Shown here: positions 15,182 to 24,124 of the stretch, piece after piece
How the letters are laid out: every line of letters starts with the position of its first letter
How positions within the stretch are numbered: position 1 is the stretch's first letter
From: Balneola sp.
GTDB taxonomy: Bacteria; Bacteroidota; Rhodothermia; Balneolales; Balneolaceae
DNA length: 32,000 nt
Assembly (NCBI GenBank): GCA_965267565.1
Contig: OZ254085.1
Span: 368,605-400,604, forward strand
Reading direction: 5' to 3'
Program-made: the position numbers and the translations under genes
Notes under the pieces: model-generated
Told to the model about the DNA's origin: nothing
The model's input: only the letters and a program-made list of their open reading frames with translations
The model's database searches: none

Positions 15182-16282
15182 TTAGGTGTGGAAATAAGGA
15201 TCGTCTTCTACAAACATATCTTCATAGAGCTCTTCTTCTTTCGGGAAGTCTGAATTGTCTGCAAATTCTACCGCATCCAGTACTTCCTGATCTACTTTTT
15301 CCTCAATTTTTTCCAGAGCCGATTCTTTAGCAATATCATTTTCGAGAATGTATGTTTTCAATCGCTCAATCGGATCAATCTTTTGATATTCTTCCAGTTC
15401 CTCTTTGGTTCTGTACTTCTGAGGATCTGACATGGAATGTCCACGATATCTATATGTTCTGATTTCAACAAACCACGGCTCGGAATTTTTACGAACATCC
15501 TCCGCAATTTCTCTCATCTTCTCGTACACAGAGAACACGTCCATTCCGTTGATTACTGCACTTTTCATTCCGTACCCTTTCGCACGATCAACGATTTCAG
15601 CAACTGTATGACGTTTAGCAGCCGTTCCCATTGAATAACCGTTGTTCTCCACAACAAAAATCGCAGGAAGTCCCCAAAGTTGAGCAATATTGAATGTCTC
15701 ATGTAAAGCTCCCTGATCAACGGCTCCATCGCCGAAGAAACAAGTAGAAATGCGTCCGTTTTGCTCGTACTTATTTGCAAAAGCAAGTCCACCACCGATT
15801 GGGATATGTCCACCTACAATTCCGTATCCACCCCAAAAATGATTTTCGGCTTTGGCAAAGTGCATAGAACCGCCTTTTCCACGCGAACATCCGGTGGCTT
15901 TACCGAAAAGCTCAGCCATTCCTTCATTTGCAGAAATACCGCGACATAATCCCCAGCCGTGATCACGATAAGCCGTGATGATATCATCATCGTCATTTAA
16001 TGCAAAAGTGGTTCCTGTAGAAATTGCTTCCTGTCCGATATAGAGATGAAGAAATCCACCAAATTTTCCTTTTTGGTACTGCTGCATGGCACGTTCTTCA
16101 AATCGCCGCTGAAGATACATTTGCTCATACATTTCTTTCAGCTTTGCGCCGGAAAGTTTTAAATCCTTATGTTTTGATTTGGTTGCGGGAGGTAAATCTA
16201 CCCCTTTTTGTACCGCACCCGATTTTTCATCTCCAATTCCTCTTGGAGCAAATTCTACGTTGTCCGTTTTCTTTTTCGCCAT
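15182..16282 (-). CDS. pdhA: pyruvate dehydrogenase E1 component alpha subunit
   Basis: TPP-binding region FFGDGAVDQG...ENNGYSMGT and the YRYRGHSMSDP motif typical of heterotetrameric PDH E1-alpha. Confidence 0.9.
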   Translation of the reverse strand: MAKKKTDNVEFAPRGIGDEKSGAVQKGVDLPPATKSKHKDLKLSGAKLKEMYEQMYLQRRFEERAMQQYQKGKFGGFLHLYIGQEAISTGTTFALNDDDDIITAYRDHGWGLCRGISANEGMAELFGKATGCSRGKGGSMHFAKAENHFWGGYGIVGGHIPIGGGLAFANKYEQNGRISTCFFGDGAVDQGALHETFNIAQLWGLPAIFVVENNGYSMGTAAKRHTVAEIVDRAKGYGMKSAVINGMDVFSVYEKMREIAEDVRKNSEPWFVEIRTYRYRGHSMSDPQKYRTKEELEEYQKIDPIERLKTYILENDIAKESALEKIEEKVDQEVLDAVEFADNSDFPKEEELYEDMFVEDDPYFHT

Positions 16283-16369
16283 AATTAGTTTTTAATGCTT
16301 AGCCCGTCAAAAAAGGGCTTGAATATATTCAATTTTTAGGAAGTTTTCGTAATCAGCTTATTCAGATAG

Positions 16370-19039
16370 TTAAAGTGATTCAGCAATAATTTCATTCACT
16401 TTTTCTAAGGCTTCCGAAAGTTTTTCGGGTTGACGTCCACCGGCCGTAGCAAGATTTGGCTGTCCTCCGCCACCACCTCCAACTAATCTACCTAATTGAC
16501 CAACTAAAGCTCCTGCTTTTAGTCCTTTGTCTTTGATCAAATCTTCGGTAACAGAAACCATCAGGTACACTTTTCCTTCCGAATCGTCCTTTGAACCCAG
16601 AACAGTTATGGTATTCTCTTTTGATTTCTCAAGAGAATCATAGCCAAGCTGTTTTAGGACATCCATATCAGCTCCGGGAATTTCTCCTTTCACGAGAGCA
16701 ATTTCTCCTTTTACAGTTTCAGGGTTTTTAAGCAGATCACTTAAAACAGCACCGGTATTTTGAAGGTTTTGTTCAGCTAATTGCTTTTCAAGCGATTTCT
16801 TCTCTTCCTGCAGTTTCTTGATATCAGCTACTAAATCTTCACTTTGTCCGATTACAGATTTTATTTCCTTCACCAAGTTTTGTTCTTCACGAAGCAATTT
16901 ATCGGCAGCTTTTCCACAAACCGCTTCAATTCTTCGCACACCAGCAGCTACAGAAGTTTCCTGAGTAAATCGGAAGTAGCCAATCTCACCCGTTGCTTTC
17001 ACATGTGTCCCTCCACAAAGCTCCCGGGAGTAATCAGGATCGAAAGTAATTACGCGAACTTCATCACCGTATTTCTCCCCAAATAACATCATCGCACCCA
17101 TTTCTTTAGCTTCATCAATAGGAACGCTTCTTTTTTCATCCAGAGATATGTTTGCTTGAATTTTTTCATTCACACGCTGTTCAATCCGAGCAAGTTCTTC
17201 ATCAGTAACCGCTTCAAAATGCGAGAAGTCAAAACGAAGATGATGATCATCCACTAAAGAACCTTTCTGAGCTACATGATCACCCAGTTCTTCTCTGAGT
17301 GCAGCATGAACTAAGTGCGTAGCGGAATGGTGCTTCTCGGTTTCTTTTCTTTTTTCTGAATTTACCGAAGCCTTCCACATTCCGGTCAAATCATTGGGTA
17401 CTGATTCTACATAATGAAAAAATTCATCGTTAATCTTCTGAACATCGAATACATTCAGTGATTGTTCACCATTTGATATCGTTCCGGTATCCGCTATCTG
17501 ACCACCACTCTCTGCGTAGAACGGAGTTTTCGATAATTTTAAAGCGTAACGATTTTCTTCTTTTCTGTAAGAAATAATTTCTGTTTCAACAGATAACTCA
17601 TCATATCCAACAAACTGTGAATCCGAATCATCATTAACCATAAACCAATCACCGCTCCCACGCTGATCCACAGAAAACTTCCCCGCAGCTCTCGCACGAT
17701 CTTTCTGCTCTTTCATTAGTTCATTGAAGCGATCCACATCTACTTCAATTCCTTTTTCGCGAGCCATCAATTGGGTCAGATCAATTGGAAAGCCATAGGT
17801 ATCATGCAATTTAAAAGCATCATCACCTGAGATCTTATCTTTTCCATCTGATACTTGTTTGAAAAGAGCAATGCCCTGTCCCAGTGTCTTTAAAAAGCTC
17901 TTTTCTTCTGACTTGATGACATTGGTCACATATTCTTTCTGTGCTTCCAATTCCGGAAATACATCTTTGAATTGCTCAGCAAGAACATCAACTAGTTTGT
18001 AAAAGAACGGTTCTTTGAAATTCAGTTTGTCCCAACCATAACGAATAGCTCTTCTGAGAATTCGGCGAATTACATAACCACGTCCATCATTTCCCGGTGA
18101 AGCTCCGTCTGCAATAGAAAAAGCAACTGCACGAATATGATCAGCAATAACACGCATTGCGATATCTTTTTCGCTGTCGGAACTGTTATACTTTGTTCCG
18201 GCTAACTCCGAAATTTTGTTTAGAAGAGGAGTGAAAATATCTGCATCGTAGTTCGAAGTCTTACCTTGCAGAACCGCACAAATTCGCTCAAAACCCATTC
18301 CGGTATCCACATGCTGCGCAGGAAGTGTTTCAAGTGATCCATCTTTTTGGCGATTAAACTGAATAAAAACCAGGTTCCAGATCTCCATCACTCTTGGATC
18401 ATCCATATTCACCAATTCAGCGCCGTTTTGCTTCTTTCGTTCTTCATCAGAGCGTAAATCGATGTGAACTTCGGAACAAGGTCCGCACGGACCTGTATCT
18501 CCCATTTCCCAGAAATTGTCTTTCTTCCCAAACTTCAGAATGTGTTTTGGATTAATGGAAGTTTCACTTTTCCAAAGTTCAATGGCTTCGTCATCAACCG
18601 GAAGTCCGTCTTCCTCATCGCCACCAAAAACCGTAGCATATAACCGATCGGGTTCTAATCCCCACTCATCTACCAATAATTCCCAAGCCCATTGAATGGC
18701 TTCTTTTTTGAAATAATCTCCAAACGACCAGTTTCCCAACATCTCAAACAACGTATGATGATAGGTATCGTATCCAACTTCTTCGAGGTCGTTGTGTTTG
18801 CCGCTAACTCGAATACATTTCTGAGTATCAGCTGCTCGGCTCCACTCTTTTCCTTCATGAGTGAGCGTCTTTTCTTCGCCAAGAAATATTGGCTTGAACT
18901 GATTCATCCCTGCATTAGTGAACAACAAAGTAGGATCGTTCTTGGGAGCTACCGGAGCACTGTCAACGATGGCGTGGTTTTTTTCAGCAAAAAAGTCGAG
19001 GAATTCCTGTCTTATTTCAGAGGATGTCTTTCTGGACAT
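16370..19039 (-). CDS. alaS: alanine--tRNA ligase
   Basis: 889 aa. Class-II motifs FTNAGMNQFK and WNLVFIQFNR, editing-domain HSATHL...CGGTH, and C-terminal GGGGGQPNLATAGG. Confidence 0.95.
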   Translation of the reverse strand: MSRKTSSEIRQEFLDFFAEKNHAIVDSAPVAPKNDPTLLFTNAGMNQFKPIFLGEEKTLTHEGKEWSRAADTQKCIRVSGKHNDLEEVGYDTYHHTLFEMLGNWSFGDYFKKEAIQWAWELLVDEWGLEPDRLYATVFGGDEEDGLPVDDEAIELWKSETSINPKHILKFGKKDNFWEMGDTGPCGPCSEVHIDLRSDEERKKQNGAELVNMDDPRVMEIWNLVFIQFNRQKDGSLETLPAQHVDTGMGFERICAVLQGKTSNYDADIFTPLLNKISELAGTKYNSSDSEKDIAMRVIADHIRAVAFSIADGASPGNDGRGYVIRRILRRAIRYGWDKLNFKEPFFYKLVDVLAEQFKDVFPELEAQKEYVTNVIKSEEKSFLKTLGQGIALFKQVSDGKDKISGDDAFKLHDTYGFPIDLTQLMAREKGIEVDVDRFNELMKEQKDRARAAGKFSVDQRGSGDWFMVNDDSDSQFVGYDELSVETEIISYRKEENRYALKLSKTPFYAESGGQIADTGTISNGEQSLNVFDVQKINDEFFHYVESVPNDLTGMWKASVNSEKRKETEKHHSATHLVHAALREELGDHVAQKGSLVDDHHLRFDFSHFEAVTDEELARIEQRVNEKIQANISLDEKRSVPIDEAKEMGAMMLFGEKYGDEVRVITFDPDYSRELCGGTHVKATGEIGYFRFTQETSVAAGVRRIEAVCGKAADKLLREEQNLVKEIKSVIGQSEDLVADIKKLQEEKKSLEKQLAEQNLQNTGAVLSDLLKNPETVKGEIALVKGEIPGADMDVLKQLGYDSLEKSKENTITVLGSKDDSEGKVYLMVSVTEDLIKDKGLKAGALVGQLGRLVGGGGGGQPNLATAGGRQPEKLSEALEKVNEIIAESL

Positions 19040-19162
19040 TCGAGTGATTTAAAGCTTTAAAATTTTAGGAAGGTGAAGATAAAAAAAATATGCCTTACAC
19101 TCGATGGTTGATTTATGTTGTGATTTATTTGCTAACCTTAAAGCTCTCACAATTCAATGCCC

Positions 19163-19351
19163 CGTCATCTCCTCGCGAATGCAGGAGATCTGGATATTAC
19201 TGTTAATCGATGAGCAGTATCTTTGCTACAATTTTACTGTAAGTGATAAAATTGAAAACATAGAAGGTTTCATTCAAAAAAACTATTCACCTTTAATTAA
19301 AACCGTTCAATTCTATAAATCCAGATTCCCTGCATTCGCGTGGGAATGACG
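19163..19351. repeat. pair of inverted 31-bp hairpin-repeat units (19163-19193 and 19321-19351) flanking ~127 bp of AT-rich spacer
   Basis: CGTCATCTCCTCGCGAATGCAGGAGATCTGG compared with the reverse complement of CCAGATTCCCTGCATTCGCGTGGGAATGACG gives 26/31 identity by hand count. Each unit folds into a 6-7 bp stem around the loop CGCGAATGC. Confidence 0.6.
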
Positions 19352-19449
19352 CATCGTCTTTCACCAAGACTCTCACCAAATCTTATAATGCCAAAAGCGA
19401 TATTATTTAATGTGAATTCGAGTTAAGAAAAAAAGAACAAGGTACGTAA

Positions 19450-19589
19450 TTGCGAGGAGGCTGTAATAAGGTAAAAGTGGAAATTTCTATCGACGAAGCA
19501 ATCTCCCTGATTCTGTTCAATCCTTGCAAAGGGAGATTGCTTCGTCGAATAAGCTTTGTAACCTCATTAAATTCATAAACTCCTCGCAA
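19450..19589. repeat. nested palindromic element (outer 10-bp stem, inner perfect 18-bp stem)
   Basis: The outer stem pairs TTGCGAGGAG (19450-19459) with CTCCTCGCAA (19580-19589). The inner stem pairs CGACGAAGCAATCTCCCT (19491-19508) with AGGGAGATTGCTTCGTCG (19530-19547) across a 21-nt loop. Confidence 0.65.
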
Positions 19590-19739
19590 AGACGATTTCT
19601 ATTTCATACATAAATAAGAAAAGGACTTATCCCCGGGTTAATTTCCAAATTCACCAACACAACTCAATTCTGTATCACATTCACTTTGTGCTTTCGGGAT
19701 TTTGTGGCGACATTTATTTAAATCAAATTATTCAAAGTC

Positions 19740-20315
19740 ATGAAAACCATTCTGAATTTCTTTTTACGTGGATTGTTAATCGTTTTTCCGGTTGGAGTCA
19801 CCTTATATCTCGTATCTATCGCCATTGGGTGGGCGAATGAAACCATGAATTATCTCTTTTTCCGTTGGTTTGAATTTAATGTTCCGGGACTTGGAATAAT
19901 TACCGGTTTTTTAGCTATCACTTTTCTTGGATTTGTTTTTACCAGAGCTTTTACCAAACCAATTGTCCATCTTTTTGAAAAGATTTTAGGTAGAACACCT
20001 TTGGTAAGTATCATTTACAGTTCTCTGAAAGATCTGACGGAAGCATTCGTGGGTGATAAAAAGAAATTTACTAAGCCCGTAGTTGTGGATTTTGGTGTTC
20101 CGGGTGTGAAAAGGCTCGGTTTCATTACTCAGGAATCTTTGGATGATATCGGTCTCGAGGATCAAATAGCGGTGTACTGTCCGCATTCCTATAATTTCTC
20201 AGGAAATCTCTATGTAGTTGAAAGGAAACATGTGAAACCAATCAAAAAAGATTCTGCTGATTTTATGAAATTTGTGGTGTCAGGCGGAGTTTCTAACTTG
20301 AGCAAGGTGGAGTGA
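19740..20315 (+). CDS. DUF502 family membrane protein
   Basis: N-terminal FLRGLLIVFPVGVTLYL, then PGLGIITGFLAITFLGF, then ...RTPLVSIIYSSLKDL..., and C-terminal FMKFVVSGGVS. These follow the DUF502 pattern. Confidence 0.65.
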   Translation: MKTILNFFLRGLLIVFPVGVTLYLVSIAIGWANETMNYLFFRWFEFNVPGLGIITGFLAITFLGFVFTRAFTKPIVHLFEKILGRTPLVSIIYSSLKDLTEAFVGDKKKFTKPVVVDFGVPGVKRLGFITQESLDDIGLEDQIAVYCPHSYNFSGNLYVVERKHVKPIKKDSADFMKFVVSGGVSNLSKVE

Positions 20316-20349
20316 TAACCAATAACCAATAACCAATAACCAATAACCA
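20315..20349. repeat. perfect 5x tandem heptamer (ATAACCA)5
   Basis: The repeat was read directly from the sequence. It fills nearly the whole 36-nt gap between two convergent stop codons (TGA ending at 20315 and TAA at 20352-20354 on the minus strand). Confidence 0.9.
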
Positions 20350-20351
20350 AC

Positions 20352-21275
20352 TTAATAAACTTCTTCAAACGTACGAGCTGATGGCTTGATGTTCTTTTTC
20401 ATGTCTTCCCAGTCCCATTCTTTTGGATCGGTTTCAGCAAGGTCGCCACGTAATTGTAAATACTCCCTGTGACCTCGAAGTGCTAAATTATGATATATTC
20501 CTGTTTCCATCCCTTTCATTCCACAGATGTAAATAAGGGTATTCTCTTTTTCAAGGATTGGATCTAATCTATCAGCATGGTCATGAATTACGCTTTGAAC
20601 GTAGTACTTACTTCCATCCGAACGTCGTGCCTCTCTTGAAACACAACTTAAAAAATGAAAATTGGGGTGTTTCTCGGTCATCTCTTTTATAAAATCCGGA
20701 TATAAAATATCGGTTCGATATGCGCATCCAAAAACTAATGCTACATCGCCTTCGTAGCCATTTTCAAATAACTCCATGATCATTCCACGAAATGGTGCAA
20801 TTCCTGTCCCGGTCGCAAAAAATATGTAATTGAAATCCTTTTCGTTTTCGGGTAGTAAATATCGTTTACCACTCGGTCCTGTCAGTTTCACTTTGTCTCC
20901 GGGTTTCAAATCTGAGAGATAATTGGAAGCTACTCCTACGTATAATTTGCCGTCAATTTCATCTATTGTTCTCTTAACGGTTGTAGAAACTAAATGAGAC
21001 TTCCCTCCTTCACCTTTGGTTGGAGATGACACCGAATACAATCTTAGTTTATGAGGTCTGCCCTTTTCATTTTCACCGGGAGGTAAAACTCCGATCGATT
21101 GCCCTACCCTGATTCTATCCACCAGGTCGGTTCCTGATATATCAAAAGTGATGTGTCTGACGATATTAGGACTACTTTCTGCAGTACAAATATAATTTTC
21201 GAGGATGGTAGCTTCAGTAGGATCTTTCGGTGAGTATATGTTTAGTTCTACTTCAGGAAGTACGATTTCTGACAT
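20352..21275 (-). CDS. plant-type ferredoxin--NADP(+) reductase
   Basis: FAD-binding RLYSVSS, NADP-binding GTGIAPFRG, YICGMKGME, and a terminal aromatic residue (...FEEVY). Confidence 0.85.
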   Translation of the reverse strand: MSEIVLPEVELNIYSPKDPTEATILENYICTAESSPNIVRHITFDISGTDLVDRIRVGQSIGVLPPGENEKGRPHKLRLYSVSSPTKGEGGKSHLVSTTVKRTIDEIDGKLYVGVASNYLSDLKPGDKVKLTGPSGKRYLLPENEKDFNYIFFATGTGIAPFRGMIMELFENGYEGDVALVFGCAYRTDILYPDFIKEMTEKHPNFHFLSCVSREARRSDGSKYYVQSVIHDHADRLDPILEKENTLIYICGMKGMETGIYHNLALRGHREYLQLRGDLAETDPKEWDWEDMKKNIKPSARTFEEVY

Positions 21276-21303
21276 TTAATTTATTGGATAGAATTAGATA
21301 AAA

Positions 21304-21327
21304 TAAAAAACCCGCTCGAAAGCGGGC
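21304..21327 (-). terminator. rho-independent terminator of the OM beta-barrel gene
   Basis: The minus strand reads GCCCGCT-TTCG-AGCGGGT followed by TTTTTTATTT, 23 nt downstream of the stop at 21350. Confidence 0.7.
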
Positions 21328-21349
21328 TTTAAAATAAGAGATTTTTAGC

Positions 21350-21919
21350 TTAGAAATAAAACGTAAGTCCGGCTGTGATTACATTACCGCTAAATTGTTT
21401 ATCTCCGATGTTATCATTTGAGCCATCTAAATAGAGGTAACGATAATCGACATTTAAACCTGTACTTTCATTTAGAGGCAGATCTAATCCAAATCCTAAA
21501 TGATAACCAAGATTCAATTCGGCATCATCACCAGGTTGCACAAAACCATCATTGTAATCGTAAAATGTATAGTATGCTCCAAGCCCGATTAATCCATATG
21601 GCTGAAAGTTTGACGCTAACGGAACATACGCAAGTAAAGAAGCGGTAACCGGAATTTGGCGAATAGAAACAGTTCCTCCACCAGTAGTGTACTCTTGCTC
21701 TCCACGATATTCTGCTGCAAATTCAAAACCTAAAACTTCGCCTCTTGAACGACTTTGAATCCCAATAAACATCGTACCGTCCTGAGCGTCAGGAGCTTTA
21801 TAGTATCCTAACCGTGGTCCGAAACCGGATTTATCTTTCGTAGGTGCTGACTGAGCTGCCAGAATACCTGTAAACAGAAGTGAAAATATTATTGATAGAG
21901 TTGTTGTTAGTTTTTTCAT
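21350..21919 (-). CDS. small outer-membrane beta-barrel protein (OmpA-like transmembrane / OmpW-like class)
   Basis: Signal peptide ...FTGILAAQSA, alternating beta-strand pattern, and the C-terminal OMP signature ...VITAGLTFYF. Confidence 0.7.
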   Translation of the reverse strand: MKKLTTTLSIIFSLLFTGILAAQSAPTKDKSGFGPRLGYYKAPDAQDGTMFIGIQSRSRGEVLGFEFAAEYRGEQEYTTGGGTVSIRQIPVTASLLAYVPLASNFQPYGLIGLGAYYTFYDYNDGFVQPGDDAELNLGYHLGFGLDLPLNESTGLNVDYRYLYLDGSNDNIGDKQFSGNVITAGLTFYF

Positions 21920-22003
21920 GTTTTTAGTGTTATTAAAGTTCTAACACTTTAAACAACAACAGATTAGAATAGTTCCGGAAATTAAAAAACCTAACAGTGT
22001 ATC

Positions 22004-22684
22004 TTACTGATTGCTAATTTTATATCGAACTAATTCATCAACTGTAGGCCGGGTTCCGTTTTGTTCAATCAGATAAGCGGCTGTTCTGTCGGTTACATCA
22101 ACTCCACGCATTCTCATCAAATTTTCCTTGGTAAGTTCTTCCTTAGTATATCCTAAATCCATCATCCGACTTGTAAAGTTAGCTGTAACGCCCGCTCTTC
22201 GTGTTTCTGCAAGTTCTGCAATAGAAAGGTCATATCCGAGCTCCTTCATCATTCCGGCATAAGTAGCACTAACGCCGGCATTTTGAAGTTCTATAAGCTG
22301 ATCTAAAGTAACATCCGTATAACCAAGATCATGAAGCCGCTGTGTTTCTGTAGCTGTTACACCCTCATCGCGGAGCGCTGATAATTCTTCATTGGTCAAC
22401 TCTCCGTAACCTAATTGCTCCATCCATGTTCCCATTCCAGCGAGTAAATCCGGATCGTATTCGTTAAAAGATTGAGCAAATTCTGTAATCGGGGTTTCAA
22501 TATCGAAATCAACCTGAGAACCCACATAAAAGGTGAGTGTGGCTACAAAAGCAAAAAGCAGGATATAGTTAGAAAGCTTACCTGAATTGGAAGATTTATC
22601 CAGTTTACTTTGGTTTAGCTGGGATGTGGTATCATCCTCGAGATCTTTCAGATCGTTTTTAAGGTTTTTGAATCTCGTACTCAT
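22004..22684 (-). CDS. single-pass membrane protein with four tandem ~30-36-aa LGY...GV(T/S)A helical repeats
   Basis: TM segment YILLFAFVATLTFYVG. The repeats are QLGYGELTNEELSALRDEGVTATETQRLHD, LGYTDVTLDQLIELQNAGVSATYAGMMKE, LGYDLSIAELAETRRAGVTANFTSRMMD and LGYTKEELTKENLMRMRGVDVT. Confidence 0.5.
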   Translation of the reverse strand: MSTRFKNLKNDLKDLEDDTTSQLNQSKLDKSSNSGKLSNYILLFAFVATLTFYVGSQVDFDIETPITEFAQSFNEYDPDLLAGMGTWMEQLGYGELTNEELSALRDEGVTATETQRLHDLGYTDVTLDQLIELQNAGVSATYAGMMKELGYDLSIAELAETRRAGVTANFTSRMMDLGYTKEELTKENLMRMRGVDVTDRTAAYLIEQNGTRPTVDELVRYKISNQ

Positions 22685-22747
22685 AACGCCCTTTAAATTT
22701 GCTTGATAGTTACGAAAGATCTACAAAAAAGATGCAAAAAAATTATA

Positions 22748-23113
22748 TCAACTTACCAGTTTAAGTGATTTATCAAGGTCTCCGATTGTAAAAGGCTTAA
22801 CTATAAGATCTGCAAATTCGGTATGCTTAGCTCTTTCAAAATTGAGTCGATCAGAATTACCTGTGAGATAAATCACATGTGGGTTTATAGTTTCTTTTAT
22901 TTTTGCAACGGTGTCGATGCCATCCATTTGCCCTTTCAAGCGTATATCCATTAGCAAGATATCAGGTTTTTCAGATCTTGCAATTTCGACTGCATCTTCA
23001 CCTGAAACTGCTTTACCAGCTACTAAAAACCCTAATTCTTTGACCATGTTTTCCACGACCAAAGAAATAATCATATCGTCCTCTACAATTAGTACTTTTT
23101 TTTGCTTGCTCAT
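22748..23113 (-). CDS. stand-alone response-regulator receiver domain (CheY-like)
   Basis: KVLIVEDDMII...PDILLMDIRL...VIYLTGNSD...KPF. The protein is 121 aa with no output domain. Confidence 0.85.
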   Translation of the reverse strand: MSKQKKVLIVEDDMIISLVVENMVKELGFLVAGKAVSGEDAVEIARSEKPDILLMDIRLKGQMDGIDTVAKIKETINPHVIYLTGNSDRLNFERAKHTEFADLIVKPFTIGDLDKSLKLVS

Positions 23114-23192
23114 CCTATGCTGCTAATTTTTTAGTCTTATCGACTGAAACCCAAATAAATTTAATAGTAAATAAATATAGAAAATTTTTGTT

Positions 23193-24044
23193 CTATGTTA
23201 TCAATTCTGTTTTCAAAATTTCTCCGGTTACTGTGCTAATATAAACAAACCATCTGATTTCAGAGGTGTCTTCCTGCAAAACTGAAATTTTCCACGTTTT
23301 ATGTATTTCAGCACCACCCTCCTTTTCAATCAAATTATATTCCAGTTCAACTTCATCTATTACGTGCTCAGATTTAATTTCCTGCTCAAATATTTGATTT
23401 TGCTCATTTGCATATCGCACTTTTAAACCTATCACACTTTCCTTAGCAGCATTTGAACCGACATCAACAAAACCAGGATCTTCAATATCAGGATACCAAT
23501 TACCCCAGATTCTGTTTACTCCATTCGCATCCACATAAACTACTACTGACGTATTTTCAACCGGCACGCCATTTACAAATTGGTTTTCGAAGGTAAATTT
23601 CCACTGTAATGGTACATTATTTATATCCTGACCTTCGCAAATTGTGCAGCCGTCCAGTGAGATCATTTCTTTTATTTTTAAACTTGTAGGATCTGTAACT
23701 CCGGTATACTCTGCATTTTTTGCTACTGTATTTTTTGCCAATTGCAATATTTCATCGCTGTATTGCAGCTCTATTTTGACTTCATCTCGCGAAAGGCATG
23801 GATTTTCATCATTAGGGAAAAGTACTCTGCTGAATCCTGTGAAGCCATATTCGTTCAGAGTGGAACAAATTAAATTATCATTCTCCTGATGATATCTTGA
23901 ATTTAATTCTTCCAAAGTTTGTCTTTCCAAAGTTGGAATAAATACAGGATATTCTTCATCAATTTCAGGATCAGAAATTGATTCGCAATTTGCCAGTAAA
24001 CAACAAATCGCAATTAATACTAAAAAGTGCTTTTTATTAGCCAA
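23193..24044 (-). CDS. hypothetical lipoprotein (PepSY-like C-terminal motif)
   Basis: Leader ...LIAICCLLANC/ES is lipobox-like. The C-terminus WKISVLQEDTSEIRWFVYISTVTGEILKTE resembles PepSY. Coordinates are taken from the ORF track. My hand recount near 24000 was off by one base, so the start codon was not verified. Confidence 0.45.
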   Translation of the reverse strand: MANKKHFLVLIAICCLLANCESISDPEIDEEYPVFIPTLERQTLEELNSRYHQENDNLICSTLNEYGFTGFSRVLFPNDENPCLSRDEVKIELQYSDEILQLAKNTVAKNAEYTGVTDPTSLKIKEMISLDGCTICEGQDINNVPLQWKFTFENQFVNGVPVENTSVVVYVDANGVNRIWGNWYPDIEDPGFVDVGSNAAKESVIGLKVRYANEQNQIFEQEIKSEHVIDEVELEYNLIEKEGGAEIHKTWKISVLQEDTSEIRWFVYISTVTGEILKTELIT

Positions 24045-24124
24045 TGATTGTCCTAAGGGTTTACTTAAATTAACCAGTATATAGTATTACTTCAAGATCA
24101 GAGGCTTTTTTAGAGAAATTTAAT

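Noticed and set aside
16301-16319. Hairpin AGCCC-N9-GGGCT downstream of alaS as its terminator
   Set aside because: The stem is only 5 bp with a 9-nt A-rich loop, and there is no U-run on the minus-strand transcript. This is too weak to annotate.
19104-19589. ORFs 19104-19349 (+, 81 aa) and 19407-19589 (-, 60 aa)
   Set aside because: Both are built over the palindromic repeat elements; their peptide ends ..SRFPAFAWE and ..REIASS..PPRNY.. are typical repeat-derived artefacts. They have no coding-like features.
20315-20349. Heptamer array as a CRISPR or other spacer-containing array
   Set aside because: The units are 7 bp, contiguous and identical, with no spacers. It is a simple microsatellite.
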